This document shows positions 18,565 to 25,850 of a stretch of DNA of 32,000 bases, piece by piece. Where the stretch lies: positions 990,001-1,022,000 of the forward strand of contig NZ_AP013043.1 in the NCBI RefSeq assembly GCF_016592615.1, written 5' to 3'. A program made the position numbers and the translations under genes. This DNA is from Isorropodon fossajaponicum endosymbiont JTNG4. Lineage in GTDB: Bacteria; Pseudomonadota; Gammaproteobacteria; PS1; Pseudothioglobaceae. The notes under the pieces are model-generated. The model had not been told where the DNA came from. It did not search any database and was given only the letters and a program-made list of their open reading frames with translations. The first letter of the stretch is position 1. Every line of letters starts with the position of its first letter.

Positions 18565-19050
18565 TGCAACTAGCAACAGCAGACATATCAGACAAATTAC
18601 ACTCTGAGATGCAATACGTAGAACCAATTTATAACACTTATGACGCTTTGACAAGCTTTTCAGGACAGGTTGAAACGGTTAAATGTTTTGAGGATAATTC
18701 ACTGGTCAGGGAAATACTGGGTACTAGTGGTGAAAACAAAGTACTGGTTGTTGATGCTGGAGGCTCTAAACATTGTGCTATGCTTGACGATCAATTAGCA
18801 ACCAAGACCATTAATAACCACTGGGAAGGTGTTGTTATTTATGGTCTTATTAGGGATTAGGGATGCTGAAGTGATTAGTTCAATGCCAATTGGCATACGC
18901 GTACTAGGAACACACCCTTTTAAAAGTGTTAAAAAAAATGTAGGGGAAGGCAGTTTTTCGGACGTTGATTTTATACCTGGTGCTTATTTATACGCCGACC
19001 AAGATGGTATCATTGTCATTAAGGAAGATATCGAATCATTCGCAATTTAA
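18561..19050 (+). pseudogene. rraA: RraA-family protein (RNase E regulator / aldolase-type) inactivated by a 7-bp tandem duplication
   Basis: Two ORFs (18561-18860 and 18829-19050) are collinear with E. coli RraA. Matching blocks include FSGQVETVKCFEDN, VLVVDAGGS, WEGVVIYGLIRD, then MPIGIRVLG...YLYADQDGIIV. Deleting one copy of the ATTAGGG repeat gives a continuous 160-codon frame. Confidence 0.85.
18849..18862. repeat. Perfect tandem duplication ATTAGGG ATTAGGG causing the rraA frameshift
   Basis: Read directly: 18849-18855 and 18856-18862 are identical. The second copy creates the TAG at 18858-18860. Confidence 0.92.
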
Positions 19051-19052
19051 GC

Positions 19053-19739
19053 ATTAATCAAGATTTATATCAATTTATAGACCAAGAAGTAATGCCAGGT
19101 TTGAGCATTAAAACTGATGATTTTTTTCATCATTGACTAATATTGTTGACAGTATGCAAGATGCAAATATACAATTATTGCAAACACGTGACAACCTTCA
19201 AAAGAAAATTGACCAGTGGCATATTAAATATCAATCCAATTTTGACTTTGCAACCTATAAACAATTCTTACAAGAGATTGACTATTTATTACCTGAGCCT
19301 GCTGATTTTTCGATTCAGGTGGACAATGTAGATGATGAAATTGCAATTAATGTTCGCTAGGGAAGTTTGTATGATGTATTGCTTTATTAGCAATGTTATT
19401 GCTAATAAAGATAAAACTGCTATTGGCTCTAGTTACAATCCAGTTCGCGCTCAATCTGTTGTTCAGTGGGCTAATGACTTTTTAGATAAAACAATACCCT
19501 TGACTGATGGTTCTTATTCACAGCTTAAATTCATCAACATACAACAAAACAAATTAGAATTTACACTGGTCAATGGAAATCATACATTGGTATAACAGAA
19601 GATGGAAACGCTTTAATTAAATAATAACAACTTACACATTGAGCTTGTGATTAATCAAGATACTCACACCATTAAAGACGTAGTATTAGAATCAGCAGTG
19701 ACAACTATTATTGATTTTGAAGATTCTGTTGCCACCGCT
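19053..19739 (+). pseudogene. glcB: Malate synthase G, shredded 5' third (about the first 275 codons, with internal deletions); the rest is deleted
   Basis: Successive fragments are collinear with E. coli GlcB as recalled. They are INQDLYQFIDQEVMPG; FFSSLTNIVDSMQDANIQLLQTRDNLQKKIDQWH; YKQFLQEIDYLLPEP; R*GSLYDVL; SSYNPVRAQSVVQWANDFLDKTIPLTDGSYSQ; and NLHIELVINQD..IKDVVLESAVTTIIDFEDSVA. Lesions are: no start codon, a -1 shift in the T7 run at 19121-19127, and TAG at 19358-19360 in place of the conserved Trp. There is also a frameshift at about 19375-19390, in-frame TAA at 19593 and 19614, and 3' truncation at about 19739. Confidence 0.85.
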
Positions 19740-19954
19740 TGCATTGAACGAATACCATGGTGGCAAATAAGTACCGTTTCTTCTGACTTATCCAAGGGGG
19801 GGTTATCTAGGCTGGTCATAATTTCCCCCATGGGCAGTAATCTTGCCTTGTCAAAATGACACTTGTCCCACTCCCATTGTTCGCGAACATCCAGCATTAA
19901 TGGATGATTGTGTTTTAAATGTGTTTCTAACTCAGATGGCGTGAAGTCTTTCAT
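19664..19954 (-). pseudogene. Single-domain rhodanese (GlpE-like) with a 3' truncation; the chimeric C-terminus is read from antisense glcB
   Basis: LMLDVREQWEW...ARLLPMGEI...ETVLICHHGIRSMQ is a typical rhodanese, with the CX5R active-site loop (Cys codon at 19763-19765). After Q72 (19739-19741), the expected ...L...GF..V.NL.GGI.AW segment is missing. The remaining 24 codons are the reverse complement of the glcB fragment. Confidence 0.6.
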
Positions 19955-19958
19955 GTGA

Positions 19959-21278
19959 TTAATTTAATTGAATGCGATGACCCCACGGCACACTTTCCTT
20001 GCCTTTAACAAGCCACATGACTGGATAGCTTGGTTCAAATTCTGGAAACCTACCTTTGGCATCAGTAAAATAAATTAGCACACTGGAAGCAGTGTCTTGC
20101 GCATTAACATAATCAAACACAGGATTAAAGTTAGTACCTTTGCCACCACCTAATGATACTGGAAATGTTAGCTCGCCCCAAGCTTCAAAATGCCATATTA
20201 GTTCTTTACTGACTTTTTCATCACAAGCAATTAATATAATTGAGGCGCGTATGTTGCTTTTAATGGCATTAATTTCTGTTACAAACTCATCAATTTCATC
20301 TTTAGAGATTGAGCCAGAAGTGTCGATGGCAATAGTCATATCAATTTGGTTAGATCTAAGTGATGGCAATATTGCATTGCCACTACGACGTGATGGCCTA
20401 GCATAGGAGAAATCGTCACGTGCAAAACTAGACATATATTGCGATAACAAAGACTGCCAAGAAAACTGAGGTTGCAAGAAAAAATCAATTAATTTAACAA
20501 ATTCGCCGTCTAATTTTCCTGCTCGTTGTGCAAGTTGTGCGCTTGAGGCAAGATTTTTTTGCCATTTGCTGCTTAATTGTTGAATTTCATCTGGTGTTAA
20601 AGGGCTAGGCTTATCTGCCAAGCTAGAAGAAGTTGTATTGTTTTTGTCATTGTCTTTTGCTGAATTATCTTGTAAGTCGTCCTCGCGTAATCCACCATCA
20701 GACTCACTCGCATCATCTTTTGGATTGTCATCATATAAATGCTGGTCCATAGGTTCAGTATCAATACTATCATCAATCATTGGGTAAATTTCTTCTGCAA
20801 TCATGCCTTGATATTTATGAAAAATAGGCAAATCAAGGGGTGGATGAAATCCTTCTTTTACCAAAAGCGGATTAATGGCAAAATCACAAGCCAAATCCCA
20901 CTTATGTTTAAGCCGATTGCCACGGCGAGAAAAATGCGTTAATGCACAATGCAGAGCCTCATGAATAAGCACAAACTTAACTTGATGATTATCAAGCTGG
21001 TCAATAAAACCTGGGTTGTAATAAAAACTTTTAGCGTCAGTTGCACTCGTCCTACACCAAGAGCCAGCGGCTTTAAGCGGTAGTCGAAGTACTAAATTAC
21101 CCAGAAAAGGTTTGTCAAGAATAAGTTGTGTGCGTGCTTTAGTTAGCTTTGTCTCAACTGCTTGTAAGTCAATCTTGTCAATGTTATTTTCAATCACAAC
21201 ATCTTCGCCAATAACTCTTACCTGCGGCTCAAGTTCAATATTACTGTTTTGCCAAAATTGATAGTCTGATTTGCTCAT
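19959..21278 (-). CDS. vWA-domain protein with N-terminal HExxH putative metallopeptidase domain (DUF2201-type), the MoxR partner
   Basis: The 439-aa ORF has HEALHCALTHF...WDLACDFAINPLL (HEALH at 20949-20963). A ~60-aa acidic low-complexity linker follows. The vWA fold has the MIDAS motif AIDTSGS (DTSGS at 20310-20324). The start overlaps the upstream stop (ATGA). Confidence 0.85.
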   Translation of the reverse strand: MSKSDYQFWQNSNIELEPQVRVIGEDVVIENNIDKIDLQAVETKLTKARTQLILDKPFLGNLVLRLPLKAAGSWCRTSATDAKSFYYNPGFIDQLDNHQVKFVLIHEALHCALTHFSRRGNRLKHKWDLACDFAINPLLVKEGFHPPLDLPIFHKYQGMIAEEIYPMIDDSIDTEPMDQHLYDDNPKDDASESDGGLREDDLQDNSAKDNDKNNTTSSSLADKPSPLTPDEIQQLSSKWQKNLASSAQLAQRAGKLDGEFVKLIDFFLQPQFSWQSLLSQYMSSFARDDFSYARPSRRSGNAILPSLRSNQIDMTIAIDTSGSISKDEIDEFVTEINAIKSNIRASIILIACDEKVSKELIWHFEAWGELTFPVSLGGGKGTNFNPVFDYVNAQDTASSVLIYFTDAKGRFPEFEPSYPVMWLVKGKESVPWGHRIQLN

Positions 21279-21719
21279 ATTTTAAGCATGGGTGTATAAC
21301 ATGAACTTGATTTAATAATAGTGAGTTTTTCACTGTCTGATAATAAATCAATCCTTGGAAATAGCTGCCTGTCTTCTAATCGAGAATGAGATTTTAACAA
21401 GCTACTAAAGGTTAATAAGTATTCTGGATGATTGGGTAAATCTTGCGCCAATTGGTACAACTGTTGATGCTCATCAATCAACTGGTTGCATAATTTCAAA
21501 AGCGGGTCTGATTTATATTTTAAAGGCATGAAAATTATTAGCTATTCTGTTTCAAAATGCTCAGAAAAAGTAGATTTAAATGTTTTTGATATCTGTTAAA
21601 CACAAATCTTTAATATTAGAAGCATTGTTTGATTTTACCGTGTTAACGCACTTATTTGCTAACGATAGTGATACGTGATGTTCTTTAGTCAAGATTAAAA
21701 GTTCATCAGCTATTTTCAT
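21275..21719 (-). pseudogene. Hemerythrin-like (HHE cation-binding type) protein with one frameshift and one in-frame TAG
   Basis: ATG at 21719 gives MKIADELLILTKEHHVSLSLANKC...DIKNI, then TAA at 21576-21578. The +1 frame continues KSTFSEHFETE-TAG-LIIFMPL... (TAG is the complement of 21542-21544), running into the listed 84-aa ORF with HSRLEDRQLFPRI. Together this shows two H..(E)E..lFP hemerythrin-type motifs. Confidence 0.6.
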
Positions 21720-22627
21720 TATCCAAATTGGCCATCAATTCTGGGTTTAAAAAACAGTGGCATACAAATAAGTAAAAACCCCATAAAAGCACTAATCCAT
21801 AAAGCTTGTGCTATCAAAATCCATTCATGATAATAGGTCATATTTAATACTGGGAAAATAACTCTAAATACAAAGGACAATGACAATAATACAAAAATTA
21901 AACTGTGAATGTCTAAATTAGGTGGCAAGGTTATAAAATAAGACAAACTCTTAAATCCAAAACCCGTAAGCCACATAAAGCCCCCACAATAGAGATTTTG
22001 TCCAAAATTTTAGCGTGGTGGTACCAGCACATCAGTCTGATACTATGAATGAGCAGTAAAGCTAAAGCAAGAACAGTACTAATAGGCGTGTTAAAAAATA
22101 CTTCAATGGGTATAAATATCACCAATAAAATTAGGCTTGATAAATCTAAGAATTTAGAATTTTTTAACTCATGATCAAGCCCTAATCCACGTTCAATAAA
22201 AAAAGGAATCAGTCTTCTTATCATCATAAGAATAAGACTCAATACCAAGTAAAAACCCAAATACAAGCCCCAAGTCACGCCCTGCTCAACAATGCCCAAC
22301 AAGCCTAGATAAAACAAGCTGTGTGCAATTGTCATTAACAATAACTTAGCAACAACACCAATGTGCTGCCATTGGTTTGATTTTAATAATAGGATAAGTT
22401 ATTGCAACAAAGGCGAATAGTAAAAAGCCCACAATAACCGCCATTGTATAGGCAAAAATCATTTCATGTGCATGCCAAATAGTGCTATTAATGTGACTAG
22501 TCAATATTGACATGTGAAAAAATACATCCCACAACAGCATTGAAACAACACTAGCCAAGCCTGCTGCCATAAAAACACTCTAAACCCTGAGCGTAAAAAT
22601 GGTGCTATTTTGATTAAGGTTAATCAT
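21719..22627 (-). pseudogene. nnrS: NnrS-family heme/copper membrane protein with at least 4 frameshifts, shortened
   Basis: Fragments lie in three frames. They are APFLRSGFRVF (N-terminal NnrS-like); MAAGLASVVSMLLW...WHAHEMIFAYTMAVIVGFLL; the 136-aa ORF of TM helices; SLLWGLYVAYGFW / MWLTGFGFKSLSYF; and the 85-aa C-terminal ORF ending PRIDGQFG. Frameshifts are at about 22571-22575 (A5 run on the plus strand, T5 on the coding strand), about 22385-22400, and two near 21960-22010. The total of ~300 codons compares with ~390 expected. Confidence 0.78.
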
Positions 22628-22632
22628 TAGTT

Positions 22633-23673
22633 TTAATCAAATATAACATCAGCAATTTTATTTGCCCAATCAGCAAATTCAGGGATGGTAAAAATATCGC
22701 CACCAATGCTACGTTGCATATCTGATACCAGCATAACACCCAATTCTTTTTGGGGGAAATTTTTAGCAAAATTAAGAATATGGCCCCATACTTTTTCAGC
22801 ACAATCAGTGCCTTTAACACCGATTGCTCTACCTGCTAGTGCTGCACAAATTGCATATTGCAAATCAAGCTCTTTGGGAATTGAGACATTTTTGCCATTA
22901 ATAATAGCATCAAGATCAGGCAAATCAGCCATATGTTCAACAAATGTGGTAATTTCAACCCCTGCTACTTCGCCAACACAAGCACTAGCAGCTTGCCTAA
23001 ATAAAGACAAATCAGTGCCAAATTTATTCAATGCCCGATGTACAAATTCCCAAGTTCTTGGCGAGGGAAAGGCAACTGGGTTATATTTAACATCAAACTC
23101 AAACAAATGCTCAGGACGATAGCGTAAAAAACCAATAATACGTTCATCAATGTTGTTTTTATATGCCCACGTCACCCAATCATCTAAGTTAACATCGAGC
23201 TCAAAATGCGAAAAGCGATTTGCCAAAGGTGCAGGCATGGAATAAGTAACACCCCGATCACCTTGACGATTACCTGCAGCAAATATCACCCAACCCTTAG
23301 GCACAATATAATCACCCAAACGACGATCAAGAATAAGCTGATAAGCCGCTGCTGATACAGTTGGTGGTGCTGAAGTAATTTCATCAAGAAACAAAATACC
23401 TTGCTTACCATGACGCTTTGAATCGGGTAATAATGAAGGCACTGACCAGTCAACCAAATCTCCATTTTTAAACGGTATACCACGAAGGTCACTAGGTTCC
23501 ATTTGTGATAAACGAATATCAATAATATTAACCCCATTCTTAGTTGCCACTTGAGAGATGATTTGGGACTTGCCAATTCCTGGCGCACCCCATAACATAA
23601 CGGGTGTATGATGGCCTTGCATCACTGATATTAACTCTTCATTAAGAATTTTACTGACTTGTTCTGGACGCAT
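22633..23673 (-). CDS. MoxR-class AAA+ ATPase (AAA_5-like)
   Basis: The 346-aa ORF is intact. Walker A is LWGAPGIGKSQI (23566-23589) and Walker B is ILFLDEIT. It also has AAGNRQGDRG and PLANRF (sensor/arginine-finger region) and a C-terminal helical lid extension. Confidence 0.88.
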   Translation of the reverse strand: MRPEQVSKILNEELISVMQGHHTPVMLWGAPGIGKSQIISQVATKNGVNIIDIRLSQMEPSDLRGIPFKNGDLVDWSVPSLLPDSKRHGKQGILFLDEITSAPPTVSAAAYQLILDRRLGDYIVPKGWVIFAAGNRQGDRGVTYSMPAPLANRFSHFELDVNLDDWVTWAYKNNIDERIIGFLRYRPEHLFEFDVKYNPVAFPSPRTWEFVHRALNKFGTDLSLFRQAASACVGEVAGVEITTFVEHMADLPDLDAIINGKNVSIPKELDLQYAICAALAGRAIGVKGTDCAEKVWGHILNFAKNFPQKELGVMLVSDMQRSIGGDIFTIPEFADWANKIADVIFD

Positions 23674-23735
23674 GAATACTTGAAATTATTAAAACAGACC
23701 CTATTTTACAGTAACAAAAGATAAAATCACTTGAT

Positions 23736-24014
23736 ATGACTACTACTAATCCCACTTCAGAAACACTGTTTAATTTTCCTTGCGATTATCCTATTAAAGT
23801 ACTTGGTAAAGATTGCAAAGCACTTCAGCGTACTATTTGCAGTATTATTGAGCACCATGCTGACAAATTAAACCCCAATCAAATAACAAAAAAGCACAGC
23901 TCTAAAGGCAGTTATGTGTCTTTTACTATTCGTATTATTGCCAGTAGTAGAGTTCAACTGGATGCCATTAATCAAGATCTGCAAGACTGTCATCTAGTGT
24001 CTTATGTTTTATAA
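23736..24014 (+). CDS. ybeD: DUF493 family protein YbeD
   Basis: FNFPCDYPIKVLGKD...SSKGSYVSFTIRI is collinear with E. coli YbeD (EFPTPFTYKVMGQ...SSKGNYHSVSITI). It sits in the conserved ybeD-lipB-lipA cluster. Confidence 0.88.
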   Translation: MTTTNPTSETLFNFPCDYPIKVLGKDCKALQRTICSIIEHHADKLNPNQITKKHSSKGSYVSFTIRIIASSRVQLDAINQDLQDCHLVSYVL

Positions 24015-24020
24015 ATTTTT

Positions 24021-24635
24021 ATGCGTGTTATCAACCTAGGGCGTCAAGATTATTTAAACATTTGGGAACAGATGAAAATATTTACCAATGCTCGTGATAA
24101 AAACACCCAAGATGAGCTGTGGATTGTAGAACACAACCCTGTATTCACACAAGGTATTTCTAGTAAACCAGAACATGTTTTATCAAGTAGTGATATTCCT
24201 ATTATTCAAACTGATCGTGGCGGACAAATTACTTATCATGGCCCTGGTCAAGTGGTTATTTATTGTTTAATTGACCTTAAGCGTCTTGGTATTGGGGTTA
24301 AAAAAATGATTGAAATCATTGAAAATTCAATCATTGATTTAGTAAAAACCCACGCTATTAAAGCACATCTAAAATTAGGCGCACCGGGCGTGTATGTTGA
24401 TAATGCTAAAATTGCAGCACTAGGCTTAAAAGTTAAACAATCAAGAACTTATCATGGCTTGAGTCTTAATGTGGATATGGATTTGTCTCCGTTTATGCAA
24501 ATTAACCCTTGTGGATATCAAGGCTTGAAAGTAACACAACTTTGTGATTTAACGGATAATAGCGATACCTTAAATACCGTTGCTGAGAAACTTAGCCAAA
24601 TACTTATTAACCATGTTGCAAGAAATAGACATTAA
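24021..24635 (+). CDS. lipB: Octanoyltransferase LipB
   Basis: Motifs present are [27 protein letters not shown] (catalytic Lys region) and INPCGY (catalytic Cys). Confidence 0.93.
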   Translation: MRVINLGRQDYLNIWEQMKIFTNARDKNTQDELWIVEHNPVFTQGISSKPEHVLSSSDIPIIQTDRGGQITYHGPGQVVIYCLIDLKRLGIGVKKMIEIIENSIIDLVKTHAIKAHLKLGAPGVYVDNAKIAALGLKVKQSRTYHGLSLNVDMDLSPFMQINPCGYQGLKVTQLCDLTDNSDTLNTVAEKLSQILINHVARNRH

Positions 24636-25560
24636 AAGCCTAAAAGGTAAATCTAAAGTGGCACGTTTAAAAATTAAGCCCGATGCTGACAGGGCACCCA
24701 TTAGAAAACCAAGTTGGATTCGCATTAAGCATGCTGCCGGTCCAAAAGTTGACCAATTAAAAAAAACACTTCGATCACAGAAGCTATTTACAGTTTGTGA
24801 AGAGGCACAATGCCCAAATTTGAGCGAGTGTTTTAACCATGGTACGGCCACTTTTATGATTATGGGGCAAATTTGCACGCGTCGCTGCCCATTTTGTGAC
24901 GTTGCTCACGGTAAGCCTAAAGCACTTGATGTAGATGAGCCTAAACATTTGGCTGATACCATTAAAAAAATGCAGCTTAAGTATGTGGTAATCACTTCAG
25001 TAGATAGGGATGATTTACGTGATGGTGGCGCTCAACATTTTAAAATGTGTATTGATAGCATCAGGCTCAGTACTCCTAAAGTGAAAATTGAAATTCTAAC
25101 ACCAGACTTCAGAGGTAGGATTGATAAAGCACTTGAAGTCTTTAAATCTTGCCCGCCTGATGTGTTTAATCATAATCTAGAAACAGTGCCAAGCCTATAC
25201 CCAAAAGTCCGCCCTGGTGCAAGTTATGAGTATTCATTGGGACTGCTTAAAGAATTTAAACAACAACACCCGTTTGTCATTACTAAATCAGGATTAATGT
25301 TAGGGGTGGGTGAAAGTGAAAAACAAGTGATTAATGTGTTAAAAGACTTACGCAAACACAATGTAGATATGCTGACCTTGGGTCAATACTTACAGCCAAG
25401 CAAACATCATTTAGCTGTTGAAGCGTATATTCATCCGAATCAATTTGATAAATACAAAAAAATTGCACTTAAATTAGGGTTTGCTCAAGTTGCTAGTGGG
25501 CCCATGGTGCGCTCTTCTTACCATGCTGATTTACAAGTCAAAGGCGAATTAATAAGTTAA
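24613..25560 (+). CDS. lipA: Lipoyl synthase LipA
   Basis: The radical-SAM motif is [10 protein letters not shown] and the auxiliary cluster is [12 protein letters not shown], with a C-terminal RSSY. I preferred the ATG at 24613 (MLQEIDIK). The ORF-track start at 24580 would overlap lipB by 56 nt. Confidence 0.94.
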   Translation: MLQEIDIKSLKGKSKVARLKIKPDADRAPIRKPSWIRIKHAAGPKVDQLKKTLRSQKLFTVCEEAQCPNLSECFNHGTATFMIMGQICTRRCPFCDVAHGKPKALDVDEPKHLADTIKKMQLKYVVITSVDRDDLRDGGAQHFKMCIDSIRLSTPKVKIEILTPDFRGRIDKALEVFKSCPPDVFNHNLETVPSLYPKVRPGASYEYSLGLLKEFKQQHPFVITKSGLMLGVGESEKQVINVLKDLRKHNVDMLTLGQYLQPSKHHLAVEAYIHPNQFDKYKKIALKLGFAQVASGPMVRSSYHADLQVKGELIS

Positions 25561-25621
25561 AAATTAGTAGGAATGAAGATAGGAATATACACTGGATAGT
25601 AAGACACAATTGGTGTAGGAA

Positions 25622-25850
25622 TTAGACAGGCAAATAAGCAATATGATTTATAGCATCTTTTCTGGATACCATTCTTTCTTTGTTAATAATCTTTCTCTTT
25701 CGTGCAACAAAGGGTGTGAATGTATGATCACCATCTATAAATTGAGCATTAGAGTATTTAACAAGTTCTGAGGCCCCAAAGAGCGCTAGCAGACTTAAAT
25801 AAAAATAATAATAGCAACATTGCTATTATTATTTTAACGTTTCGAATCAT
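25622..25850 (-). other. Possible small membrane/secreted protein gene coupled to the RND pump stop codon, apparently frameshifted
   Basis: The ATG at 25850 overlaps the pump TGA (ATGA). It gives MIRNVKIIIAMLLLLFLFKSASALWGLRTC, then a stop. The +1 frame stays open for ~57 further codons (LLALFGASELVKYSNAQFIDGDHTFTPFVARKRKIINKERMVSRKDAINHIAYLPV) down to the TAA at 25622-25624. No family was recognised. Confidence 0.2.

Noticed and set aside
22685-23122. A 145-aa plus-strand ORF antisense to moxR. ORFs at 22620-22820 and 23286-23588 are similar.
   Set aside because: They are embedded in the well-supported MoxR frame. They lack a start context and any recognisable domain, which is typical of antisense open frames.
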